The notes below the pieces were generated by a model that worked only from the letters and a program-made list of their open reading frames with translations, had not been told where the DNA came from and ran no database searches. A DNA stretch of 64,000 nt from Perkinsela sp. CCAP 1560/9 (taxonomy: Eukaryota; Protista; Euglenozoa: Kinetoplastea), in contig CBFFSA010000010.1 of the NCBI GenBank assembly GCA_965644495.1, positions 496,001 through 560,000 of the forward strand, written 5' to 3'. A program made the position numbers and the translations under genes. Positions 11,303 to 23,105 of the stretch are shown here, piece by piece (position 1 is the stretch's first letter; each line of letters opens with the position of its first letter).

Positions 11303-11755
11303 ATGCAATCCTCACCGGTTGTCTGATGCACCACTGAGTGCTCACAGAGTGTCACTGAGTATCTCAGGAGCAAGTTTTTTACAGAACTGTATAGTGAAGA
11401 ATCTGTAGAGGGAGAGGTCTTCACCACGAAGGTATTGGTAACAGTACGGGACGTAAAACGCGTCCTAGGTATCATTATGTGGGATACGATGGTGCGTCAA
11501 GTTTCTTTTCCCAAAGTATATGGGGCTAGGATGATTGGTCGCGATATTTCGGTGCGCAGCGAGGATGAACCACATCACCTTCGCACCGCTCAATTGGAAC
11601 TACTGAGGCAACATTTAGCGGCAATTCAACAAAATTTCTTGTGCATTGAAGGCCCGCCAACTCCCGAATCAAGTTTTTTCATTGCATTGTCAGACGCTTC
11701 GTCGACTATATACTATATAACCTTCGATCAAACGAAATCCCAGCTGATGGGATAA
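11303..11755 (+). CDS. Possible SEN15-like tRNA-splicing endonuclease subunit (start uncertain; in-frame TGA at 11324)
   Basis: The C-terminal FFIALSDASSTIYYITF resembles the Sen15 'LAIV.SDST.VYY' motif; the frame is open from 11327. Confidence 0.3.
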
Positions 11756-12226
11756 GAAGATTAAGATAGATCTTGATGTGCCAGTTAAGGGGAGCGTAAT
11801 GTCCTCAATTTTTTTGAAGTTCATAAAAATATTGTGCAAAGAAATTTAAACTTTCTGCTTCTAGCTCTCAACTTAAAATGAATACAACGACAATGATCTT
11901 GTAGATACACGTTTATCACACACTGAAGAGATTGATTTCTCCGATGGCGGAAGTATGCAACTCTCAGTTTGTAATTTCACGTCATCGAATGCACTTCTGA
12001 ACTATTACGTATATAAATTTCGCTCCAAAAAAGGTACCGTTCATTTATCATCAATGTATTTTTACGAATCATTTATACTAGTCTTATTTTCAGAATTATG
12101 TGCGTTCTTATGGGCCTTATTTATTACACAGCAATAAGCATCCTAGCTAAGCATCCTATTTATATAGGAGAAACCAATGAGAGTTTACGATAAGTTAGTA
12201 TTATTCGTTAGTATTATTGTTATTTA

Positions 12227-13071
12227 GGGACGGTAGGGACAAATATTTGACGAAAAATTGATTTTTTTCGAAAATGTTTCAAAAGTCCTTTTAAATGTTT
12301 TTATGGCATTTGCAGGTTAATACACCCATTTTAAGCGTTTAAAAGAGACATCACCGCCCGCTCAGCTACCATCACCCATCCCAGCCACGATCCCCCATCC
12401 ATCCACCCGCTCAGCCCCTCGAACCAAATCTCGCTTACTGGGGCCCAATCTCTCTTACGGGACTTACGGTAATAGTGGGCGGTCTAACACTCCGAGAAAT
12501 ACGACCAGTCAGCTATCCACGAGGAAGAGCAATGCTTAGTGATCCACACAGCTGCTCCGAATCCACACAGACCCTCCGAATAGGTCTGAGGTCTGGGGGA
12601 CCGACTCGGACCCCCCCTCATGGAACCAACTCCCATACCCGATGTGGTCGTTAAACAACGTTAAACACGTCGGCAGAAACTGGTAGAGGCATTCGGACCT
12701 CGCACCCCCAAACGCCTGTGAAGGGCCTATTGTGTCACTCTTGAAGGAGGGTGGCAACTTCCCAAAGGGGGAACATCCTGAGGGAGCCAGCGGCCAGCCG
12801 GGGCGACCCGGTGCCCTTCATTGACTCAGAAACGCATTTGCCGTCCTGGGATAGTCATCTGCGTTTGTCAGGTAAGAAAATGTTGATTTCATGTGGATCA
12901 AAGCGTCGAACCTTCCTTCAGATCGCCGGGAAAAAGTTAATAAAATTATGCGCTCAGAGACGCTGAAAATGGCTGCATGAATACGAAAATGATTTGAAAA
13001 CGTTTAAACAATTATTGTAAGCAATTTCGAAAAAAATCAATATTTTGTCAAATATTTGTCCCTACCGCCCG
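12227..13071. mobile_element. PIF/Harbinger-type non-autonomous element carrying captured fragments
   Basis: ~50-bp TIR GGGACGGTAGGGACAAATATTTGAC..., TTA on both flanks; the interior includes a diverged copy of the 63.3-64 kb repeat. Confidence 0.75.
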
Positions 13072-13138
13072 TTACTTAGAAACAGTTTCTTTCTCTTAAA
13101 GAAGCGAAGCGGTCTTTTCATTCTTTCATCTTCACGCA

Positions 13139-13972
13139 ATGTCATCTCTAATCACAAAAACTGCGGATTCCTCCCGGACTCGAACACGTCTGGGTAAAGT
13201 ACGAGGAGCCATCCTCTCACAAGACATGCAAATGGCACAATTCATTGAAAATCTCGAGGAAACTGCAGTACTTACTAAGAATAAAACAGAAGCATGCTAT
13301 TGGACCGGTGTCGCTTGTAACTCCGTCCATGAGGTCGTATCCATCGAGTGGTCGTCCAAACAATTGAAGGGTAATCTCACCTGGGGTAGCCTACCTCACA
13401 CGGTGTACAGTGTTCGTATCGGAGATAATAAGCTGGATGGATATTTTCAGGTTCGTGCACTTCCCCCTAAACTCATTTACTTCAACATCCAAAATAACGC
13501 CATTCATGGAGCCTTTGATGCCGGATCCCTCCCCCATGCGTTTGAAGAACTCTGGTCGGCATCTACTAAGTTTTCCGGTGAGCTTGACTTGACGGCACTT
13601 CCCCCTTCTTTGAAAGTGTTTTCTTTGCCTCGGAACTGTTTTTCGGGAAGCATAAATTTAACTTTGTTGCCTGGAGCACTACTGAAGCTCTATCTTCAAG
13701 GAAATCAATTCGTAGGGAGCGTGGACTTAACAAGTCTTCCGAAGCAACTGGAAATTTTATACCTGTCACAGAATAAGCTCGATGGTGAGTTGGAGCTTCG
13801 AAATCTTCCGCGCGCATTACATACGCTCTCTCTTGGGGACAATGCCTTTACGGGGAAAGTATGGTTTGATGCATTGCCCTCAGGTATGTATGAGTTAGAT
13901 CTGAGTGGAAATAGATATAATTTGGATGTACAATCCTCGTCAATTCCAACAAATGTCAAAATAAGAAGTTGA
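13139..13972 (+). CDS. Leucine-rich repeat protein (LPQEY family)
   Basis: KVRGAILSQD, Cys cap, about 8 LRRs, intact ORF. Confidence 0.88.
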   Translation: MSSLITKTADSSRTRTRLGKVRGAILSQDMQMAQFIENLEETAVLTKNKTEACYWTGVACNSVHEVVSIEWSSKQLKGNLTWGSLPHTVYSVRIGDNKLDGYFQVRALPPKLIYFNIQNNAIHGAFDAGSLPHAFEELWSASTKFSGELDLTALPPSLKVFSLPRNCFSGSINLTLLPGALLKLYLQGNQFVGSVDLTSLPKQLEILYLSQNKLDGELELRNLPRALHTLSLGDNAFTGKVWFDALPSGMYELDLSGNRYNLDVQSSSIPTNVKIRS

Positions 13973-14297
13973 ATTGTAACCCTTTTGGGGGTACTCTGAT
14001 TTTATTCATTAACAAACAAGTTTAGTGGTGAAAATCGGCGGACTCTTAAGTAAAGGGGCAGTAGTATTTTTGAGGCTCACTTTCAGTTTACGAATACTGT
14101 GACCTCCCCTTTAATATGGACCCCGATGATCCCCCCCTTTAATACGGAATTCTTTGAATTTTTTTGGAAAGAAATTGGAATTTCTTTCGCTTCACATTTT
14201 TCATTTTTTCGATTTTCATTGTTCGAGAGCATACTCAAAGGGATGTTCGTCAGCCGAGTGATCGCTTTTGCCCCAAGTCAGTTCTCCGTTGCGATCT

Positions 14298-14575
14298 TTA
14301 GCCGGCTACAGAAGTGATACCGTATAAGACTTTAAAAACATGGTTTGCGGTGCGCCCATGTGCGGCCGTCAGAAGAGGTTCTAAAAAATTAATTTTACCG
14401 CGGCACTTTCTATCGGAGCATAACAAGTGATCTTCCTTAAGAGTACATACCCGTGGCTCACGACGTTTCGAACAAGCAACGGCCTCATACATAAGAGCAT
14501 GATTTTTTATCCGGAATATGATGCTGTCTTCCGTTGCCATACAAAGCAAAGTATAGGACCACTTATCAGTGCATG
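14298..14575 (-). pseudogene. Possible Merlin/ISXO2-like transposase N-terminal zinc-ribbon remnant
   Basis: The Cys pattern ...ACSK...LLCSDRKCRGKINF...VFKVLY loosely resembles the Merlin N-terminus. Confidence 0.3.
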
Positions 14576-15634
14576 AACAATAGGAGCAGCTCGAGCAACC
14601 CATTTAGGGTAAAAGTAGAACACTCGCTCCTGCGCAACCACCCTCACCCGCCCCAATCCCCCTCCCCCTTGATCCACCCTCTCGAGCCAAATCCTTGTTA
14701 CTGGGGGGTCTGTTACTGGTGGGTCTACGGTATCGTTACCCCCCCCTAGACATATCCTAGTACGCAACATACTCCTCTTCTCATTAATTTCTATAAATGC
14801 CATTCCTAATTTTTCAAAAAAAAATTATAGATTTTCAAAACAAAATTAGTTTTGAAGAAACAAACAGGAAAAGCTAGGATAGAGGGGAGAACACCGCAGA
14901 AAGATTTGACCCTCACTTCCGACAAGGGCCTTGGATCTCACGTTCCGCGATAGCTTATCGCAGAAAAATAGCGTTTTTCCATCAAGCAGGATCATTAATC
15001 AGGACTTTTTGCCTAACCATTCTCATTAATTTCTATAAATATTAATTTTCTTTTTTTGTTATAATTTATATTTATAGAAATTAATGAGAGGAGGAGTGTC
15101 CATTTTTCCCCGAAAATATGGGATATGTTACGTACTAGCTTTATATCCAATGTGAAAATTTTGTTCTCTATCTTTAAATCGTAGTGTAACGTCTTATCCA
15201 ACAATTATTCTCTCAAATTGGAATCAATTTGAATCAAATTGGAAACCCAACGTTTCCACCAGGCCCAACCCCTATCAAAATCAAGACCTTGTTTACCCAT
15301 CTGCAAGACAAAAATGTGTGTCGTTAGTGGGAAACAATTTGCGAAACCCAACTTTTCCACCATACCTAACCCCTAATGAAGCCAAGGATTGTTATACAAT
15401 GTAGATTATTGAATTCTAAGTATTTTTCTTCCCAAGTTAAGCAACATTCCAATTTTTTTCTCTACTTCTGCCAAAAAGGCATCCCCCCAAAAAAAAAGAA
15501 TTCCACCAAATTTGTCTATATTAAAGGGGGTGATGAGAGGGGGTCTCTATTAATTTAATAGTGCCTTCGCAAGAATCACAACATGAATTTTTGGAAACAC
15601 GTATTATGGCTTCGTCCGATCTATATAATTCAAT

Positions 15635-16090
15635 GTGCGAGACTCTGTGGCATTCCCCCGATCACGGTGTCCTGCGCCAACAATCTCTTTGATCCCAATC
15701 CGGACACTTTTCGTGCCTATCCTTACCTACGATGAGTGGCTAGAGTACGTGAACTGGGAAGATTATGAATATGACCCTGACCGACATGCAAACGAACATG
15801 AATGGTGGTTGGATGTAGGCCATCAGATATTTCCAAATGTTTACGAAGCAGCCCGACATTACATCTGGATTCCCCCGCTTGTGACGAAATGCGATAGTTA
15901 GTTGTCCATACTATGGTACATGTACAATTCTCGCCAGTCGCGCATCGCACCAACCGCTGTGGCCAACCGTATCTTTGTACGGGGTAATGAGGAGAAACTG
16001 GGTTACACCACGACGAAACCTGAAGGAGAAGACGATGAAGAAAGTGATGAAAGTATGTATTCTGAAAGTGATGATGATGCAACGCAATAA
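15635..16090 (+). pseudogene. hAT transposase C-terminal dimerisation domain remnant
   Basis: WW....IFPNVYEAARHYIWIP...CDS*LS...RQSRI...RIFVRGN across the TAG at 15899, followed by an acidic tail. Confidence 0.7.
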
Positions 16091-16885
16091 GATAATATGT
16101 GTATGTTTTAATACTAATAGTATGTTTAATACTTAATAGTATGTTTAATACTTAATAGTATGTTTAAGCCCCAACTGTTCGGCTCGAGGGCACGACCGTT
16201 CAGCAGAAAAAAAGACCCAAGAAGCGACTCTAAAGTGGGCGGTCGTTAATATAAAAAACAAAAACAAAACAAAAAAACAAAGACAAAAATAAAATCTCGT
16301 CTGAGTCAAATTAGTCATCAATACTTTACTGTAATTAGTAACAAGATTGCGTCGACAAGATTGTACTGCAAACGCATTTACACCCCGCATTCCATCCCTT
16401 ATCACATCCTACATCCTCCTCGACCAGAAATTGCTCGACCAGAAATTTCTTAACATAACGTCACTTGTTCCAAACTCTCTTGTATAGCGAGTACGTACTC
16501 GCTGGAAGCGAGTACGGTACTCCGAGTAATTACTCGCTGTACTTACTCGGGTGAGTACATGACTACCGTACTCGCTTCATGTATGATTAAAGGGGGGGTC
16601 ACAGTACTGTGGCACCTCCTTTAAAAGAGACAAAAGACGAAATTATGTCTACATTAGGGGGGGGTCACAGTACCTTTCCTGGCAGGACTCTACCCATCTT
16701 GCGACATCTTATCCCGATGAATCTGTTCTCTTTTCGTTCCCCCTCGAAGGTTTCAGACCAGGTATCTACAGTTCGTTGCGCTGTACGTAAAAATTAAATT
16801 TTATGTTTAACTTACCCTCAAAGAAAAACACTTCCTAATAACACTACATCGCAGTACCTCCTATTGTGTACTAAGTTATGATACA

Positions 16886-17485
16886 ATGGACACCCCGACG
16901 ACCCGTCCCGCTAAGGTCAGGGGTGCAGCGCTTCCCCAAGAATACCAACTGACGTAATTGATCCAGGATGTACGCAATCCACATCCCAGTTGGAATTCCG
17001 AGACAGCGGTCTACAACTGGATTGGCGTATCGTGTCCCTGGAGCGGTGACGTTGGCGAACGTGTCGCTGTTCGTGACATTCAGTGGGGACGTCGTCACTT
17101 AATGGGGGCCTTGCGTTGGGAATACTTCCCTCAGTCTCTTGTGGAGTTCAGTGTGGAGGACAATAAGCTCACCGGGGAGGTGGGCTGGAAATTTCTCCCC
17201 GACGGACTTCGATATTTTAATCTCGGGCGGAACGCGTTCTCCGGGACACCCGATTTCACCAACCTGCCTTCTTCTTTACGAGACGTGATCCTCAACAATA
17301 ATGACTTTCACGGTTCAGTGAAGTTAAATATGTTACCTGGTAATCTGGAATGGCTGCGTCTTGACCAGAATAAACTTCTCGCGTGTGATTTGAGGGCCTG
17401 TGATTTACCTCCTGCACTAAGATCACGTAGTGCATTTGCCGCAGGAGGTACAGGCATTCAGGGCTATGCAGAATTACCTTGGTGA
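16886..17485 (+). pseudogene. LRR paralog of 2110-2718 with a premature TAA
   Basis: Same MDTPTTRPAKVRG start; the paralog's CAA is TAA at 16955; the rest is in frame. Confidence 0.85.
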
Positions 17486-17759
17486 GCCGAGAGAAGCACC
17501 AATATGGGATGTCTTTTTATATTCATTGAGATGTCTCTACGTTCGCAATATACACAATGTACTGGGCGTTATCGTAATCTGGACAGTGGTATCTTTTCAT
17601 TTTATGTTTTCAGTAGCTTAATTCTTGTGAAATAATAAAAAGAATGACCAGACACACTAACACTCATCTAAAGTACTTCGTGTACTTGGCACAAATTTAC
17701 TTCGAGAAATGGTTCTTTTCTAATTTCTTAATTTTTTTGTGTAGGTATGATAACATGTA

Positions 17760-18135
17760 GGACGTACAGCGTGTTCCTAACTGGGACAGAATACCGTCCT
17801 CGTGGATGTCAAAGTAGTCAATCGACCGGCCCCATCCCCCGTGAACAGGGAGGCGGCTGAGCCGTCCCACACCCTAAGGATGGCGGAGGCCAACAAACGG
17901 CGCGCGTGATCATATGGCGCTCGTTAGGGGGGTGGAATTCTACCCCCTGGCCTTCACTACCTACGGCATCCCGGACCCAGAGACTGAACTTCCTCAATAA
18001 GGTGGCCGGTGCCCACGCGTGGGACAAAGTTGGGTGCCTGGGTTAATGGCACAGGGGTGGCCATTCAGAGGGACAATGCCCAGATCATTCAAGCGGCGGT
18101 GCAAGATTGGTACCGCCGCGGGGTACGATGGTAGG
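17760..18135 (+). pseudogene. CRE-clade non-LTR retroposon 3' endonuclease remnant
   Basis: Frameshifted pieces LVDVKVVN, GVEFYPLAFTTYG and VAIQRDNAQII; second copy at about 27062-27220. Confidence 0.6.
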
Positions 18136-18346
18136 GGAGCGGGTTAGGATTTACGGGGAAAAATATGATACATGTGTCCACGAGTGAAAAGGACCGGATT
18201 GGGTCGAAAAACGGTGGTATGCAAACAAAACCTGTAAAGGGGGTACATGTCGCTGTGCACTACTCTACATATTGAGACCAAATTTTTGAAAAATATATTT
18301 TTTCCTCCAGCGTTTCGTACATCCTACTTTTCGGTTTTCAAGAATT

Positions 18347-19008
18347 GAGGGGCTGCGGGTCGCGAGGTTTCACCGAGGTTTCGCATGCACAATAATTTTG
18401 TAGGGGTGATCACCGGAAAATATTGATTATCTATGCCATATTTTAGCGAAGTGCTTTTTTGATTTATGTACACGCATACTGTACCACCCCTAGTTATCAG
18501 TCACCCCTCCCCCTAGTTATCAGTCACCCCTCCCCCTAGTTATCTGTCCCTTTTTGGCACTTCGATTTTTTTTTCGTCGACCACCCTCCCTAGTTATCTG
18601 TCACATTTTAAAAATAGTAATTCTAATAATTAAAGTTAAATAGTATAGAGTAAAGCAATTGTAAGACAAAGAACTCTTTTTTCACGTCTTCTGACCCTTT
18701 TGAAAAATAAAAGATGCGGTGCAGATTGCATTGGTTCTCATGTATGGTTCATTGTGCGTGAATCCTCAGTATGAGTATGCCTCATACATTAATAGATCTC
18801 TTAAAAATTTCAATGAAGAGAACCAATGCTATCATGGTTGTGGCGTTGTTGAACTGATTTTTGAAAGGCGTTAAAATGAATTTATCTAGCACTGAGTATT
18901 GCTGTATTTCCATTTTATTTTATTTGCTGAGTTGTTGGACGACAAACACTTGAACATGGCTTTGAGGTATTTTGGCTGAGTTTCGCGAGGTTTCATCCGC
19001 AGCCCCTC
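18347..19008. mobile_element. Non-autonomous TIR element (Sola-like termini) with a nested repeat
   Basis: GAGGGGCTGCGG ... CCGCAGCCCCTC; flanks AATT/AATC. Confidence 0.65.
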
Positions 19009-19129
19009 AATCATTACCAGCTTGTCACTTCGACACGGTGTAATGACCTATGACATTATTGGCGTGAAGAAATTAGGAAAGACAAAACGTTTTAGTAAAA
19101 CGTAATTACTCAAAATTAGCCCTGTTTTT

Positions 19130-19996
19130 ATGATGTTGCTGTTCTCAAGTTCACAAGATACTTCCGGCACAACAGAACTTCGTACGACCACGATGTATCG
19201 AACGGCTCCGTCAAAGGTAGGAAGATTGGCATTACCTCAAGAGTACGACCTCGCCCGGTTTATTGCCAATGTTACGTTTGCTAAGAAATCCTCTGAATAT
19301 TCTCCTTTGAAGAATTGGAATACAACTACTCCAGCATGTGAATGGTATGGCGTGATATGTAGGGCGGAAAAGGAAGTGTGCACCCTGAATTGGCACGATC
19401 AAAAGTTGAGCGGATCTTTTCGTTGGGACTACTTGCCCCGCACCGTTAGCACGATGAATGCATATCGGAATGATCTGAATGGTCAGATTCCGCTTCAAAT
19501 ATTACCTTCACAATTGGATGTGATGCAGATAATGGTCAACCATTTTGATGGATTGTTAGACTTGTCACACCTTCCGGAAAATATACGTTACGTGAATTTG
19601 GGCACAAATCTTTTTTATGGTGAGATCGATCTCACAGCACTCCCCAAAAGCTTGTGTGAACTGCACCTATGCTCGAACAGATTGACTGGTGGCTTAAACT
19701 TCTATACACTGCCTCCTAGGCTACGGATGTTGTATCTGAGCGACAACAAGTTTACAAGGGCCCCTGATTTAGCGCACTTGCCTCTCAGTTTAGAATTCCT
19801 TCTATTAGACGGCAACCAACTTTATGGCGAGCTAGACTTGGATCACCTCCCTCAGAAGATGGACTCCTTGTACTTGAACGGCAACGAAGAACTCTGCGGT
19901 GTTTTTGACGAGTCGTTTTTACCAAAGCGTTTGACACGACCTTACGCGTTTCGTTATGCAAACACGAAAATTTCTCAGAAGAAGGCTTCCGAGTGA
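19130..19996 (+). CDS. Leucine-rich repeat protein (LPQEY family)
   Basis: KVGRLALPQEY, Cys cap, about 7 LRRs. Confidence 0.88.
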   Translation: MMLLFSSSQDTSGTTELRTTTMYRTAPSKVGRLALPQEYDLARFIANVTFAKKSSEYSPLKNWNTTTPACEWYGVICRAEKEVCTLNWHDQKLSGSFRWDYLPRTVSTMNAYRNDLNGQIPLQILPSQLDVMQIMVNHFDGLLDLSHLPENIRYVNLGTNLFYGEIDLTALPKSLCELHLCSNRLTGGLNFYTLPPRLRMLYLSDNKFTRAPDLAHLPLSLEFLLLDGNQLYGELDLDHLPQKMDSLYLNGNEELCGVFDESFLPKRLTRPYAFRYANTKISQKKASE

Positions 19997-20320
19997 ATGA
20001 CTATACATGACCTTACACAGAATGACCTTACGCAGCTTCATGTATAGTTCACAGCTTCATGTGTAGTTACGCAACTTCATACAGTAGGTTTTGAAGGTAT
20101 TGCATATACAGCCTGTATGTATATAACCTGTATGATACAGGCACATGTAAACTATTAGTTACATCTACTTAAAAAGAAGTCTATTTAAAAACATCTACTT
20201 AGAAAGAAGTTCTGGAAAATAATAACGCATTTGAGAGCTCTCGAAGAGTTTTGTTTTGAGATGCACCACACGGATGCACCCCCGTATTTATGTTTTCTTG
20301 TTACACAGTACAAATTACAG

Positions 20321-21020
20321 TTGCGGTGGTTGTATAACTACCGCTCTACCCTCGATTATCGAAAAAAAACGAATGAAAACAGTGAAAATATAAAGACGAA
20401 CACAGTAATAAAGTAAAACAATAACAATAAGGGAACAGAAAAAAGGGGCCCCGGTGGTCCAAAAATGAAACAAAAACCCAATGATGGAACAAAAATGGGT
20501 CCAGAACCATACTTCTAGTAAAAGAAATCGTGGCATATACGAATTACAGGACAAGTTTCCTGCGTCACGCTCTGCAAGCCATAAATATCGCTATTTCGAA
20601 AGGAACCGCCACGATACTCGCCTCTGCTGTAAAAAGGTGGAAGAAGCCGGGCACTTCCGCTATACATTTTTAATATCAATGTATTTTGGAACGGGGGTAT
20701 CACAATTTTTGCTCCTAAAACATTTTGAACAGAACATAAAGGGGGCTCCGGTGGTCTAAAAATAGGACAATAATTCAAAAAATGGGTCCAGAGGGCGAGG
20801 CATACGCGCTCTGTTTTTTTGTTGTTTTTCAAAAGGAAGTATTCGAGTATGCCGCGGCGATGATTTTCTACCCTCACACCTGGAGGTGACCCCTCTGGTA
20901 CACGCAGGAGGGGTCTGATAAATTCGAAATTTCCAAAAAAAAAAGGGGCTTACAGAAGAAAACATTTTTGGCCAAAAAACGTAAAAAACCTTAATTTTCC
21001 AAAATCGACTCCTAAAACGT
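20321..21020 (-). repeat. Copy of the abundant non-autonomous repeat ending ...TTATACAACCACCGCAA
   Basis: Matches segments at about 35670-36674, 45310-45640, 47560-48024 and 61040-61287. Confidence 0.75.
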
Positions 21021-21228
21021 ATTAAACCACTGCCCATAGTAGCGGAATTATTGATAATTTGGGCCTCTAATAATATTTATTGTAGACTTATTTTCGTCGT
21101 GTTATTTTTTCATACAAAGGCCTGCAGAGAGAGATGCCTGTCGTGCGACGGCCATTAGCACATTCAACGCCGGTCGCACGCAGGGATTCCTATGACGTAG
21201 CCTATGGCTCCGTCGCGTGGTCCTCAAG

Positions 21229-22686
21229 TTAACCCTTCCATGTTATGTTAGGGGAACGTAACACTTCGATGTTATGTACCATGAGAGCGCACGAAAAGGC
21301 GTAGTAAAGAAAATCTGGACTACGAGTCCACTGTTTAAAAGCGAGCCATTTGCCGCAGCACGAACGAGAAAAAATGTGTTCGACCCGCGCTCTAAAGTGA
21401 GCCAACTTCTCATTGAAGTACATTTTACTCTCTGCTTCTGAATCATGATGTTTTTGCGTAGACTTAGATTTTGTTCGCTTCGAACAACAAACTTTGGCTT
21501 TAGAATGGGGTACCATTAGTCTATATCGGTAAGACTGCCGTTAAATTCCCCATCAGCAAGAGCGCGAAGATGATTACGTCCCAGAAAATCTAAAATACCA
21601 CTACAGTTATTAATAACGGCGTCGGATGAGGCTCCACAGTGCAATGTGTCTGTTGTGAAGCAAACGTGTCCAGACATTGTACATGCTACAAGAGCTTTCA
21701 CAACATGTGTAGCATATTTTGGCTGATAGCAGTGAGGCAAGCTATCAACGTGCAGTGGCACTGTGTCCATCACCACGTTTATATCCTTATCCTAAAAGGA
21801 AGAACTGTGTTTGATTCATGGTGTAAAATATCAGAATCCAAAGCCATGTATCCTTCACATCGGAATGCAGGTTTTCAAGAAGCTCGGGTCTTTGTTGTTC
21901 TTGTCAGAACAAGAACATTGAGACCAACCGGTTCCAAATTTCAAGGACACGAGTTCTGATATAATGTCTTAGCTACCACCACTGCAAAAAATGAAAACTC
22001 GCAAAAATTTCTTCAAAGGGATAATGGAGTTTAAAAAAGGTGAGAGCGCGATGTCTTGAACCGCGTAAGGACAACTCGGAATATCCCTACTCGGACGTAG
22101 GGAGCATCAGGTGTATCGCGGGGTATATCTGGTTGTGCGTCACAGATTTCAGATGTTTTAAGGGGTGTGTCAGAGGTGTATTCCCGGGTTTCAATACGGC
22201 CAAGCTTCAGTATCAAGCAGAGGAAAGATTATGACGATTTTATTACAGGAAAGAAAGATATATTAAATAAATTCTTTGGTTTACGGAACTCTTAATTTTC
22301 ATAATTTTGCTTGTGCTTTCGAATCCCTTTTTGAGAATCCGCAGTTGAACAAGCTCATCCCGGATAGAAAGAAGTTCAGTAGGATCATTCTCCATTGAAT
22401 TACCAAGTTTGTCCATGATCTCACCCTGAACATGCTGAACAAACTTTTGATCAATTTCAAATATTGAGTCACCTAGAACCAACAAAAGCTTCCTACCAGC
22501 GCAGTCTTTGTGGTCTAGGGTGTTGGCCGAAAGTCGTTTTCCATCTTGAGGAGAATTGCACAACGGACAGTAGTTTGAACCTATGAGGACTGAAACCCTG
22601 TGACACTGAATACAAGGGTCCTTTACTGCGCATTCGATGGGGCACTGCGGCATACGGTAGCTGGGCAAAGGTTGGGTGGACAACAA
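21229..22686 (-). pseudogene. PIF/Harbinger-ISL2EU (DDE_Tnp_4-type) transposase remnant with an upstream Cys-rich ORF
   Basis: YQPKYATHVVKALVACTMSG...GASSD...ALADGEF and FNEKLAHFRARVEHIF in broken frames. Confidence 0.7.
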
Positions 22687-22821
22687 AAAGAAAAGGAGAA
22701 ATCGGTAGGGGGAAAGTCGGTAGAGAAAAGTCGGTAAAGGGAAAATAGGTGCGGGGAAAAGGGACTACCATATACCAAGCACGCAACGCACGTTATCATC
22801 ACTATTCTTTATTAAACGTCA

Positions 22822-23105
22822 ATGTCATCTCTAGAGCAGCTCATTACAAGAGCTGCTCTCGCTGATTCACCCAAGATTCGAACACGTCTGGGTAAAGTGC
22901 GGGAAGCCATCCTCTCATAAGACATACAAATGACACAATTTATTGAGCATCTCGAGAAAACGTTACCAAGAATGAAACACAGGCATGCTTGTGGGCCGGC
23001 GTCGTTTGTACTTCAGATGATGAAATCGTTACCATCGATTGGACGGCGAGGAAACTGAAAGGTAATTTCACCTGTCCTAGGCTACCCGAGACGGTATGCT
23101 CAACG
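22822..23105 (+). pseudogene. Truncated LRR paralog of 13139-13972
   Basis: The DNA matches the 13139 5' region; CAA>TAA at 22918, frameshifts, and truncation after the cap. Confidence 0.8.

Noticed and set aside
13075-13090. SL relic (TAGAAACAGTTTCT) upstream of the 13139 LRR gene
   Set aside because: The match is short, lacks the GTAC...TTG end and differs from the two longer SL-like copies.
16955-16957. Stop-codon reassignment (TAA aligned to CAA at 16955 and 22918 and in the 396-bp repeat; TGA aligned to TGG)
   Set aside because: The 872-aa helicase, the 1541-aa RT ORF and the intact transposase have no in-frame stops, and most affected copies also carry frameshifts or other stops. Simple transitions explain the pattern.
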